DNA of 64,000 nt. Source: Mobula hypostoma (Eukaryota). Numbering within the stretch: the stretch's first letter is position 1; each line of letters begins with the position of its first letter. Of the stretch, positions 38,851-50,715 are shown piece by piece. The notes below the pieces were generated by a model. That model had not been told where the DNA came from. It ran no database searches and saw only the letters and a list, made by a program, of their open reading frames with translations. The stretch is from the NCBI RefSeq assembly GCF_963921235.1, contig NC_086109.1, positions 29,142,001 through 29,206,000 of the forward strand, read 5' to 3'. The translations under genes were made by a program, and so were the position numbers.

Positions 38851-39142
38851 CTAAAACTGATGACTCAGTTTAAAATGACCAGGCTATTATCTTTCATTAT
38901 GTCACCCTGTTCGATGCTATCCCACTGGTGGAAACATTCCAACTTTCACTCTGCCAAGCTCCTGTAGGGTCTCTATATGTGAATAAGGTCACCCAGCGAT
39001 GTTCAAAGCTCTAAGGAAAACAACCCACATGTCCGGTTTCGGTTAACCTCCTGGTGACCTTCCTCTGGACTACCCCTGGTGTTACTTTGGGTAAGGGGAG
39101 CACTATGTGCAGTTTACCAGATGCAGCCTCACTAACACCCCT

Positions 39143-39356
39143 TTTTTGTTGTTCAGTTGCTTAGATCAGTCCAACTTTTCAGGACCTCATGGACCATAGT
39201 GTCCATAGGAATTTCATGGCAAGATACGGAAGTAGATTACCAGGCCTTTCTTCCGCGCAGATACTGCTGCTGCCCAGGTTGGGACCCGGCTGGATTTGAA
39301 CTCAAGACCATCTGCCTTGAAGTCCAGTGCTGATACCACTACGCCACCAGCCAGCC
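39143..39356 (-). mobile_element. tRNA-derived SINE with BovB/RTE-type 3' tail
   Basis: Reverse complement: A box TGGCGTAGTGG, B box GAGTTCAAATCC, tail GGTCCATGAGGTCCTGAAAAGTTGGACTGATCTAAGCAACTGAACAAC. 13-bp TSD (1 mismatch) at 39130-42 and 39357-69. Confidence 0.8.
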
Positions 39357-39740
39357 CACCAACACCCCTACAACTGCACAAAACTTCCCATTTCTAAACT
39401 CAACCCTTTTTCTTCTGAACTACCTGCTATCCTGCCTGCTGGCTCTTTGTGACTGGGTTCAGGGGGCATAGTGTGGCCTTCTCATCCAGGTCTGTGCCCC
39501 ATTAGTATATCCTTGTATGGCTGGGTCAGGGTACAGTAGTGAACAGCTAAACTCGTGGATGTAGCTGGACGTAGTCCCAGAATCTTGATATGGAATATCT
39601 TCATACATCTTCTATCACATATACCATGGACATAGAAAGGCAAGGTCTTGTTCGAGCGCCAAGGGAACTCTACACAACTGGGGGCATGGTCTGCTGCATG
39701 TTTATTTAGACCCATATATTGATGGAATTCTCAATACATA

Positions 39741-40302
39741 TGGGGTGTATGGGGTGTCAGGGAAGGGTAGCACCTCTGGTGGGGGGAGAATGTCATGTCC
39801 TTTTCAAGGCGGTTAGTCCACCTTTGGTTCCCACCTGGCACTCAGCTCTCACCTGTGGCTCCCCGTAGCTGTTCGCATGCAACAGCGGCCATACCCTGGG
39901 CAACGGCTTTGACAAGCCGGCTAAACCAGGTGAGGGTAGCCGATGGGTCTCAAACCCTCGGTGAGACAGGGAGTTGCCTATCCCAGCATGTGAAGACAGA
40001 CAACGGTGGATTGAGGGGATGAGACCAATGGTAGGTCCAATGGTCAAGAAGGTGGTCTTTGCAAGCGTTGTGGAATGTGTAGAGCAGGACAAGACACAGA
40101 AGACGTCCTGGTCATCCACTGCGCCTAGTTCCATCTCCAGCCGTCTCGACTCTGTCTTGCCACTGGATCCAGATGGGAATTGGGAAGAGAGAGTGAGGCT
40201 GATGCTGCGCAACTCTCCCTCACTTAAATCCAAATCACGCGCTAGTCTCAACACCGTATGGTGTCGCGGTCCTCATCGACGTCGACGATGGACGAAGAAC
40301 AA
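39741..40302 (+). mobile_element. Non-autonomous, non-coding retroelement (probably RTE-mobilised) with a 5' HDV-like ribozyme
   Basis: 9-bp TSD CAATACATA at 39732-39740 and 40303-40311. 3' hairpin CATCGACGTCGACGATG plus GAAGAACAAC tail. Homologous copy at 63778-64000. Confidence 0.8.
39751..39936 (+). ncRNA. Predicted HDV-like (delta-like) self-cleaving ribozyme
   Basis: P1 GGGGTGT(39751-57)/ATACCCT(39891-97) with G1.U wobble. P2 CTCTCACCTG/CAGGTGAGGG. P3 GGC/GCC. L3 starts TCCCC. P1.1 GG at 39898-99. P4 CGGCTT/AAGCCG. J4/2 CTAAA with candidate catalytic C39921. Confidence 0.72.
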
Positions 40303-42869
40303 CAATACATACACCATCACTCTCCCACACTGCGCACTCACACGGGCACACACATGCACAAACATAAATATGCACATGCAAACACGTGCAGACATAAAAA
40401 CTCACCAGTTATGGAAGCTCCAGCTCCTGCCTTCCTCCTCCCTTCGCAATTCCCAAGCCACCCTCCCGTCCACACACTTGGGCACACTTTGGTCCCTGGC
40501 TCCTGATTCCAGTTGCATCCCCATCCCCATCACTGGCCCCTAGCCGTGGCAGTGCATCTCCTCACAATCCCAAAACCACCCCCCGCCTCCCTACACCCCA
40601 TGGTCTAGATGTACATCTGGGCCACATTAACAAACATTACCTACACTCTGACTAATACAGCCTGTGGCAATAGCAAAATACAAACCATTGTTCTAGTGAG
40701 TAATATCATGTCAACTGCACAGAAACAGACTATTTACCTCAAATTGAAAATACCGGTACACAACCAGCATCCTTCCAACTCCCCGAATCTAACCCTATTA
40801 TGTTGCACTTGTTTTACTTCAGCATTTATCTTAAATGTTATTAATCTATCCTCGTGTTAATCGATTTATCTCTTCTTTTCATCATAGTAGCAAGTTTATT
40901 CCATTTTTTTTTCAACTAAAGATGTATTTCCTGAATTCCCAGTTGGATGTTTATCCCAACTACAGGCCTAAATGGTTTTACAGAATCTTGCCGACCTTAT
41001 GTGGTGAACATTTATTAATTCTACCAGACTGATTGAACTATGGCAGGTTGGCATTTATTATATTCCCACTGTGAGCTCTTTATATTTTAATCTCAGCAAT
41101 GAGAAAAGCATAGCAGCAGCTGATGAGTTCCTTGTACAAATTAGGAAGATATTGTTGCCAGAAAATAGGCCACAGTCATGGTTTCCTTAAGCGGGAATCT
41201 TGCCTGACAAATCTTTTGGAATTCTTTGAGGGGACAACAGGCAAGGTAGACAAAGGAGAGTCAGATGATGTTGTTTACTTGGATTTTCAGAAGGTCTTTG
41301 ACAATGTGCTGGACATGAGGCTGCTTAACAATATAAGAGCCCATGGTATTACAGGAAAGATACTAGCATGGATAAAAGATTGGCTGACTGGCAGGAGGCC
41401 AAGAATGGGAGTAAAGAGGGTCTTTTCCGGTTGGCTGCAGGTGACAAGTGGGATTCTGCAGAGGTCAATATTTGAACTGCTTCTTTTTACGTTACATGTG
41501 AATGTTTTGGATGATAGAATTAGCGGCTTTGTAGCCAAGTTTGCAGATTATATGAAGACTGGTGGAGGAGCAAGTAGTGCTGAGGAAGCAGGGAGCACGC
41601 AGATGGACTGAGACAGACTGCAAGATTGAGCAAAGAAACGGCAGATGAAATATTGTGTTGGGAAGTGTTTGGTCATGCACTTTGGTAGAAGTGATATAGG
41701 CATAGACTATTCTCTGAATGGGGAGAAAATTCAAAACTCAGAAGTGCGAAGGGACTCAAGAGACCTTGTACAGGATTCCATAAAGGTTAACTTATAGATT
41801 GAGTCGGGGTAAGCATTCGTTTTGAGAGGACTGGAATACAGGAGCAAGGATATAATTCTGAAGCTTTATGATGCATTAATCAGGCCACAAATGGAGTATT
41901 TTGGGCAGTTTAGGGTTCCTTATCTAAGAAAAGGTGGGCTGGCATTGGAGAGTTTCCAGAGAAATTTCATGAGAATGATTCTGAGAATGAAAGAGTTAAC
42001 ATATGAGTAGCATTTGATGGCTCTGAGCCTGTACTTGCTGGAGTTTAGACGAATGAGGGGGGATTTCATTGAAACCTATCAAATATTGAAAGGCCTAGAT
42101 AAGAGATTCCCAACGGAGGTGGGGGGTGGTTATGTTTCCTAAATGGGTGCTTAGGAGAAGTAGAAGTCATTGGGGGGGTGCGTGTTTAAGATTCTTGGGG
42201 GAGGTGGTAGGCGGTACCCTTACTTGAGGCACGAGACCTGACTGACCGTTAGTAGAGCAGGCACTTCCAAAAAAGATAACAAGGCACTGGATCACAGGAA
42301 GAGCCATAGTTCTGCGGGCAGTGAGCACTCATCATCAGAACACATCTGAAACTCAGCAATCTCATCCACCCTTACCAACCAAACAGACATTACTGGCGAT
42401 GCATAAATTAGCAACCAGTTCCCCTTCACTCGTGGAACAGAATGACTGCAGTTTGACCGTTGGTAAGTCAAGTATGCCCTCTCAACTTTCTCTACAGATC
42501 GATGGAAAACAGGTCGCACAAAGATACAGCGCTGGCCAGAATAAAATGCTGAAATAGAACCAATAAAAGAACCTGCTGACCCTGAGGATTCCTCTTGAGG
42601 TGTTCAAAGTGACCTTGCCTTCATATGTGCCGTCAAGAACCATCTTTGTGGATTCTGAAACCTTACATGATTATTCATTCATGCTCACTGTAATAGTATA
42701 AAGGTAGCTTGCCGAACTCCAGCTCTATCCCAACTAACATTCAGATTCCAATCTGAATACTTGTCAATGTAATTTTCACTGTTGTGATTGTCTTTACCTT
42801 TGCCTTGCCACTCCTTTGCGTGCCGCTACATATGCATTGCCAATGGCATATGCGCTGCTTATCGAAAAT

Positions 42870-44800
42870 AGAAAAGTTTTTCAGGAGATTCTCTTTTGTA
42901 AAAAGTTAAAAATAAATAGCAATGGAGAATCAGTCTATGGCAAGCTCAAACTGTATATTGAGGATAAAAGTACTCCAATTAGGAACACAATTTCTTGTGC
43001 AACAAATGGAGCACCATATGACAGGTCGCCATGCTGGTTTATTGACATTTATGAAAAAAGATATTCCAAGTCTGTTTTCAATCCATTGTGTAATTCATCG
43101 GCAACACCTCACAGCCAAAAACCTCAGCCAGTGACTTTTTCAAGCATGACTCTTGTATTATCTGCTATTAACAATTTTAAAGCTCATCCATTAAGTAGCA
43201 GAATATTTCATCAGTTATACAAGGATAATGATGAAGAGTTCAAAAGCTTGCTTCTTCACACTAAAGTGCATTGGCTGTCAAAAAGCTGCTGCTTAAAACA
43301 TTTGTTTGACCTTTTTGACACTGTGGTTGAATTTTTGCTCAACATCGACAAGAGCTTGGGAAACAAGATTGAACTTCTACATGGAGATGTGCGTACCTAG
43401 CTGATCTGTATGACAAAATGAATATTCTAAACATGAAACTGTAGGGTGAGAATTTCAATTTGATCCAGACAAAAAGTGCAACGTCTACTTTTATCCAAAA
43501 ATTGGAAATGTTTAAGCAAAACATTAGGAAGAGAATATTCTCACAGTTTCCCTGCATGGGAAGTATGGCACTCTCTTTCACAGATGGTTATTTGCAAGAG
43601 TACTGTTTACAGCTGTAGTCACTGAAGAATTGAATTGCCTTTTTTTCCTACATCCTTCACATTCATGAGGAGTAAAAATCTTTATGTTATGTCTACTTCT
43701 GAGTGTGCAATATGCAAATTATAGTAATTTGTAATAATTAGTATATACAGTAAAATATACAACAGAACAGTTAATGTAACATAGAAATACAATGTGTCAG
43801 CATGAATTAATCAGTCTGATGGCCTGGTGGAAGCAGCTGTCCCGGAGCTTGTTGGTCCTGGCTTTAATGCTGCGGTACCATTTCCCAGATGGTAGCAGCT
43901 GGAACAGTTTGTGGTTGGAATGACTGGGTCCCCAATGATCCTTCAGGCCCTTTTTATGCACCTGTTGCTGTAACTGTCCTGAATAGTGGGGAGTTTACAT
44001 CTACAGGTGCGCTGGGTTGTCTGCACCACTCTCTGCAGAGTCCAGCAATTGAGGAAAGTACAGTTCCCATACCAGGCAGTGATACAGCCAGTCATGATGC
44101 TCTCAATTGTGCCCTTGTAGAAAGTCTTTAGGATTTGGGGACTCATGCCGAACTCCTTCAACCAACTGAGGTGAAAGAGGTACTGCTGCGCTTTTCTCAT
44201 CACACAGCCGGTGTGTACAGGTTAAGTGAGGTCCTTGGTGATGTGTATACCAGGGAACTTAAAGCTGTTCACCTTCTCAACCCCAGATCCATTGATGTCA
44301 ATAGGGGTGAGCCTGTCTCTGTTCCTCCTATTGTCCACAACCAGCTCCTTTGTTTTTGCAACATTGAGGGAGAGGTTGTTTTCTTAACACCACTGTGTCA
44401 GGGTGATGACTTCTTCTCTGTAGGATTTTCAGAATGGATTTAAGGATTCAAACAATCTTGAAATTTCAGACTGGGTAATAAACAAATTTCTTTGCAAGGT
44501 GGAAGAATAGGAAGAAGAAATTATCAAAATTCAGAATGATGAAGAAGCAAAAAATGCTTTTCAAAAACGTTGGCTTTTGTGGTTTGTGGCTACACTGTCA
44601 TATGAAATTTCCTGGTCTTTGAAGAAGAGCCAAACTGCTCTCCATTGCAATTCCATCCTCCTACCTTGTTAAAAGAAGCTTCACTGCAGTAAACACCATA
44701 TTCACAGAAAAACAGAAACCGCTTGGACATTGTTACGGCTTTGGCTGTCACAACTTGAACCAGATGGTTCAACTTTTGCTAAAAACCATCAGGATCAAGG
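42870..44800 (+). pseudogene. hAT transposase pseudogene (ZBED5/SCAND3/Buster-like), interrupted by Rex1
   Basis: Frameshifted motifs ISCATNGAP, SIHCVIHRQHL.AK, LLLHTKVHWLSK. C-terminal part resumes after ~44425. Confidence 0.85.
43627..44425 (-). mobile_element. Rex1/Babar-like LINE 3' fragment nested in hAT
   Basis: KAQQYLFHL..LKEFGMSPQILKTFYKGTIESIMTGCITAWYGNC. (CAATT)n tail. Confidence 0.85.
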
Positions 44801-46010
44801 ATCACATTGATATTGAAGATGCTGTACAATACACAAGTACTGTATAAGCTAGGTCTAATGACAAATAAAAATTTAAAGCACAATCACTTTTCTCACATTA
44901 GCATATGGTCGACATGTTTTTACCCTATGGGGGTGCCGGAAAGCATATTGTACCTAAGAGGGGCATTGGCAAGTATGAAAGTTTTTTGGGGGGCATTGGG
45001 CTAAGAAAGGTTGGGAAACATAAGCCAAGACAGAGTGGATGTGGAAGGATGTTTCCTATAGCAGGGGAGTCTAGGACCAGAATTGAGGGACGTCCATTTA
45101 GAACAGAGATGAGGAAAAATTTCTTTAGCCAGATGGTGGTGAATCTGTAGAATTCTTTGCCACAGATGGCTGTGCAGGTCAAGTTATTGCATATATTTAA
45201 GGTGGAGGTTGATAGATTCTTGATTCGTCGGCTTGTCAAAGGTTACAGGGAGAAGGCAGGAGAATGGGATTAAGAGGGATAATAAATCTGCTATGATGGA
45301 ATAGTAGAGCAGACTCAAGGGGCTGAATGGGCTAATTCTGTTCCTACGTCTTATGAACGTATGGTCTTATGGAAAAGCCTGAACGAGGTTATTAGATAGA
45401 TAGATTGATAGATATACTTTATTGATCCCGAGGGAAATTGGGTTTCATTATAGCCGCACCAACCAAGAATAGAGATGATGTATTAATAGTGTAGGGAGAC
45501 TCCAATGCAGGGGATTGAAAGATTTCTGAACAGTCCACGAACCCATTAACACTACCTCACTATTTTCTTCACCTTACCGACTAAGTATTTATATAAATAA
45601 ATAAATTCATAGTGTGAAAAGTATATATTTCTTATTGTAGCCTATAGTGTTTATTATGTATTGCACAGTACTGCTGATGCAAAACAACAGATTATGTGAC
45701 ATCTGTATGCCAGTGATAATAAACTTGATTCTGAGACTCAAAATAATTTTATTTAAGTTTCTTAACAAGCCAAGAGGGACAGGAGTCCCATTTGGTTTGC
45801 ATTCTAGTCAATTCAGAGAAAGGAAATACAAACGAACACAGTGAAGGATGCGGTGATCCTCTTTGATCGATTAGAGCACAGATGGTGAATTCAGTCCTTC
45901 AAGCAGTCACAGTGAATACACATTATATATTTCTGATCGATCAATTTACAGCTAAATGAAAAGTTACAACGTATTTTAAAGTCTTCATGTTATACCTGTT
46001 ATAAAATATC

Positions 46011-46125
46011 CAAGCAACATATATCAAAGTTGCTGGTGAACGCAGCAGGCCAAGCAGCATCTATAGGAAGAGGTGCAGTCGACGTTTCAGGCCGAGACCC
46101 TTCGTCAGGACTAACTGAAGGAAGA
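46011..46125 (-). mobile_element. 115-bp mini-PLE (hammerhead + downstream tail)
   Basis: Matches the PLE terminus. 11-bp TSD TATAAAATATC at 46000-46010 and 46126-46136. Confidence 0.88.
46077..46112 (-). ncRNA. Minimal hammerhead ribozyme motif (intact copy)
   Basis: Reverse complement reads AGTC CTGACGA AGG gtctcgg CCT GAAAC GTC GACT. Confidence 0.78.
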
Positions 46126-48129
46126 TATAAAATATCTTTGTCTCTTTCTATTCATAAGCAAATCATTTTGTGGAAGCAGAATTTATTTTAAAAACATGCA
46201 TACTTTTGAAATATTGTTTCAGAGTTAGAAGTCAAACATTTTATTTGAAAAAGGGATTGAATCATTAACCAGCTATGACTGTGGAAATTGAGCTGCTACG
46301 ATTCTAACATTTCCAATTATTCCATCCTTATGTCTGACTGTTTGCTTGCAACACGTTAATTATACTTTAGCAAGGGGAATAATGACTGTAGCTCCCAGAT
46401 TAGCATAAAACATAAGAACAAGAAATATGAGCAAGAATAAGCCATATGTCCCCTCAAGCCTTCTCCGTTATTCAGTAAGATCACAATGATCTTCCACTTA
46501 AATCCATCCTCTTGAGTTGTTCCTGTAATCCGTGATTCCTCTTGTAACTGAAATCTATTAATCTCAAACATGAAGATATTCAGTGCATGCATATCAACAG
46601 CCCCTGCCGGTGGGAGGGGGACAATGAGGTCTAAAGGTTTTCCTTATCATTATTATAGATGCTCAACACTTTAGTCTGAGGCAGTGAGTTCTAAGTCTGC
46701 CAGAATTTATACATTGTGCCCTTTATGTTCCTTCAAAGTTCTCCAGAATAAACGTCTAGTCTGCTCAAGTTCTCTTCACAGGATATCACATCATCCCAGA
46801 ATTTAGTATAGTGAACATTTGTTAACCCATCTAATTCTTGTACATCTCTCCTGATCCTGTTATTTCTGCATTTGTGATACATTTGCAAGGGTTTTTCTTC
46901 TCACTATCAACATACCTAGTTTCCCTATCGAAATATATAATTTTATATTTCTACCCATTATAATCTATAGTGATCATTTTCTTGCCTACCAAGCTAACTG
47001 CTGTAAACAGGCTGTATTTGCTTCCTCTTTACATGCTCATCAAAGGGTTGTGGATGAGGAAAGGTGTTCACATTCCACAAAGGAATTTCCTTAAATTAGT
47101 CTTTCAGGAACAGATGTTTACTGGAATATTTATTTCACACTCTTGGTCACTTTAAGACCATGTTTCCAGAACTTCTATTAATTCATCCCTTTTTATTTCA
47201 ATCTGTGCTATTAATTAGACAGCTCTGAATACTTCACACATTTTCAAGTAGTACAGTTAACTGATTTCACCTTAAGCTCTAACATCTTAAACCTTAGTTA
47301 GATCTCTGTTACCTCCTAAGTCACTTGTCTGTTATAAATGAAATCACTCTTCCTGAGTTGTGACTCTTCAGCAGCTGCTCTGAACCTCAGCTTTCCTGAA
47401 AATTCTTGAAACCCACTTCCCTTCCCCTTTATTTGTTTAGTGTCAAGGCCAGCATTCCAGTTACTTGATTCGTCAGAATACGGTCCTCAGTTCAGTTTGC
47501 AGCTCACCTATCCCAGTGGCCAAGTATTTACATTTCAATATGAATGTGACTGAGTCAACCGAAAATTATTACCTGTGTGATTCAGCTAATTAATCTCTCT
47601 AAGCAGAACCTTATTCTTAATCCCATCTATGCTTCTTGTTCCTAGATGCATCAGAGCATATAGATCCTGCACAACATTTGGAACCTGCACCCTTAGTCCT
47701 ACTCCAACTCCATGGCAAAATGTCCTGCAACAAAACTGCTAAAAAATCTTATGTGTTCCATGGTAATTCTTTTCTTTTTCTGGAAAACTGTCAAAAAAGG
47801 GGGGCAGCCCACAAGAGTTTGCTACACGTATTATGGCCGATATTACATGTCCACAACTCACGAACTCCAACTGTACGTCCTTGGAATGTGTAGGGAAGCT
47901 GGAGCACATGGAGGAAACCCACACAGTAATGAGGAGAATGTATAAATTCCTTACAGACAGCCGTGGGTGTTCAAAGTCCATTGTAGTGCAAAGTATACTT
48001 ACAGAAGCCAAGATTCCTGAGGTGCATACATGCAGATCCTCAGGTGACAAAAGGCAGTCAAGAAAGTGGATAAAATAGGTAAAACACACAAAATGCTCGA
48101 GGAACTCAGCAGGCCCGGCGGCATCTCAA

Positions 48130-49155
48130 GTTGATTACCTGACTGGCAGACGACAGTACGTGTGCTTGCAACACTGTGTGTCCGACAGAGTGATCAGCAG
48201 CACTGGGCCTCCACAGGGGACTGTCTTGTTTCCCTTTCTCTTCACCATTTACACCTCGGCCTTCAACTACTGCACAGAGTCTTGTCATCTTCAGAAGTTT
48301 TCGGATGACTCTGCCATAGTTGAATGCATCAGCAAGGGAGACGAGGCTGAGTACAGGGCTATGGTGGGAAACTTTGTCACATGGTGTGAGCAGAACTATC
48401 TGCAGCTTAATGTGAAAAAGACTAAGGAGCTGGTGGTAGACCTGAGGTGGGCTAAGGCACCAGTGACCCCTATTTCCATCCAGGGGGTCAGTGTGGACAT
48501 GGTGGAGGATTACAAATACCTGGGGATATGAATTAACAATAAACTGGACTGGTTGAAGAACACTGAGGCTGTCTACAAGAAGGGTCAGAGCCGTTTCTAT
48601 TTCCTGAGGAGATTGAAGTCCTTTAACATCTGTCGGACGATGCTGAGGATGTTCTACGAGTCTGTGGTGGCCAGTGTCATCATGTTTGCTGTTGTGTGCT
48701 GGGGCAGCAGGCTGAGGGTGGCAGACACCAACAGAATCAACAAACTCATTCGTAAGACCAGTGATGTTGTGGGGATGGAACTGGACTCTCTGACGGTTGT
48801 GTCTGAAAAGAGGATGCTGTCCAAGTTGCATGCATCTTGGTCAATGTCTCCCATCCACTACATAATGTACTGGTTGGGCACAGGAGTACATTCAGCCAGA
48901 GACTCATTCCACCGAGATGCAACACTGAGCATCATAGAAGTCATTCCTACCTGTGGCCATCAAACTTTACAACTCCTCCCTTGGAAGGTCAGACACCCTG
49001 AGCCGATAGGCTGGTTCTGGACTTATTTCCTGGCATAATTTATATACTACTATTTAATTATTTATGGTTTTATTACTATTTAATTATTTCTGGTGCAACT
49101 GTAACGAAAACCAATTTCCCTCGGGATCAGTTAAGTATGACTATGACTATGACTA
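48130..49155 (+). mobile_element. Rex1/Babar LINE 3' part
   Basis: TGPPQGTVL.PFLFTIYT, LQKFSDDSAIV, YKYLG, GQSRFYFLRRL. (CTATGA)n tail. Confidence 0.9.
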
Positions 49156-49231
49156 TATGAAGTACAATAATTTAATTGACATGTAGAGTATAAGAGCAGG
49201 AGGTTACTCTGTAAATACGTATAATATTGGT

Positions 49232-49335
49232 CAAGCAACACACTCAAAATGCTGGAGGAACTCAGTGGGCCAGGCAGCACCTATGGGAAAGAGTACAGTT
49301 GACTTTTCGGGCCGAGACCCTTCGGCAGGACTGAC
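49232..49335 (-). mobile_element. Mini-PLE terminus (core CTGCCGA)
   Basis: Same tail as 680-820. Reverse complement AGTCCTGCCGAAGGGTCTCGGCCCGAAAAGTCAACTG. Confidence 0.8.
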
Positions 49336-49904
49336 ATTGGTTATGCTGGTATACTGTATCTGAAGTAAAAAGACAAGTTAAAAAGAGTTAAAAGAGGGTT
49401 AAATAGACATTTAGAAACTATCATTTTAGTAATATAAGAATAAGAATTTACTCTAGTTAATCTAAGGAGATAGAGGGATGGTCTTCATTTCAGGCCTAAA
49501 GCAGGGTCCATTTTGTTTCTCTGTAGGCTTGAACCTTTCTCTCTGTACCGTATGTGATCCTGGTCACCACATTACTAGAAAGATGTAATTGTACTGGAGA
49601 GGGTATACGGTGGAGGATGTGGCCTTATAACAATGCTGACTTTTTCATGGTTCATGAAATTTTAAAAGGATTTCACTTTTTATGGATTTGTGCCAGGTAT
49701 TTCTTTTCAGCTACTTTACAGTATGCTCAAGTATACTCATGGACAGGATTGATACTCAATAGGTGAATGCCTTGGTAGTCAACTGTCAACTTGAATGCAG
49801 CATGTTACGATTACCAAGGTGAGATAATCAGAATGGTTTCACGATGATATCTAAACATTGTGACTTCCGACATTAGCAAAATATCTCATGTGCATAGGGG
49901 AAAA

Positions 49905-50715
49905 TATTTTTTTATTTCAAAATATACTTTATTCAAAAATAAATTATGTACAATAAACCATCCAATAATTTTCCATCCTTTACATACTTTCCCTTATAGT
50001 CTGTACATATCCATACTTATGGCCACTCACGTGGCACGCCAGTTGTTCACATCACATCATTGTTGAGGAGTATACTCCCCACCCCCGACCCCTCCCACTC
50101 CCACGGGTGGAGAAACCTATACCGTGGTCCTTCCCTACCGGGCCTTTGTGGTGGCTGCACCGAGCTTCAGTGCGTCCCTCAGCACGTACTCCTGCAGCCG
50201 AGAATGTGCCAGTCGGCAGCATTCTCCCACGGACATCTTCATGTGCTGGTAGATCGTCAAATTTCAGGCTGACCAAAGAGTGTCTTTCACCGAGTTGATG
50301 ATCTGCCAGCAGCACCAGATGTTGGTCTCCACGTGCGTCCCCGGGAACAGCCCATAGATCAGAGTCCTCTGTCACGCAGCTGAGGGGATGAAATGTGACA
50401 CGAGTCCGTCCATCCTCCTCCACACCCTCTCTGCGAACTGACAGTGTGCAAAGAGGTGGGTCACAGACTCCTCCTCACTGCAGTCCTCCCTTGGGCAGTG
50501 GGGTGCGGAGACGATTTTCCGGGCGTACAGGAGGGATCTGACTGGGAGGGCCCCTCTCTCTGCCAGCCAGCCGAGGTCCTGGTGCCTGTTGGTGAGATCT
50601 GGCGATGAGGAATTTTGCCAGATGAACTGGACGGTCTACTCAGGGAACCACCCCACTGTGTCCATCACGTCCTTCTCCTGCAGTGCCTGCAGGACATTAC
50701 GTGCCGTCCACTGGG
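49905..50715 (-). mobile_element. Tx1-clade (L1-like) LINE 3' fragment
   Basis: Reverse complement encodes LTNRHQDLGWLAERGALPVRS..HCPREDCSEEESVTHLFAHC (zf-RVT/CCHC). Ends AATAAAGTATATTTTGAAATAAAAAAA. Confidence 0.82.

Larger units (their letters stand above)
42101..45023 (+). mobile_element. hAT (Buster/Charlie-type) DNA transposon, decayed, inserted in CR1
   Basis: TIR core TTCCCAAC / GTTGGGAA. Degenerate 8-bp TSD GCCTAGAT (42093-100) / GCCAAGAC (45024-31), nnnTAnnn type. CR1 resumes after the element. Confidence 0.85.
41160..45370 (+). mobile_element. CR1 LINE 3' part (41160-42100 + 45024-45370), interrupted by hAT
   Basis: HGFLKRESCLTNLLEFFE, VYLDFQKVFD, VAKFADY, MRKNFFSQ.VVNL. GTCTTATG tail. 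Confidence 0.9.

Noticed and set aside
39280..39356. tRNA gene
   Set aside because: A and B boxes are present, but it is the head of a TSD-flanked SINE without a convincing cloverleaf. The same applies to the GGTTCAATTCC sites at ~2145 and ~6759.
39793..40543. ORFs of 153 and 189 aa
   Set aside because: No recognisable motifs. The 189-aa frame runs through the element's TSD into CA-rich flank. Likely chance frames in a GC-rich structured repeat.
42816..43400. Domesticated ZBED/SCAND3 gene
   Set aside because: Multiple frameshifts and stops, a nested LINE, and retained TIR/TSD indicate a dead transposon.
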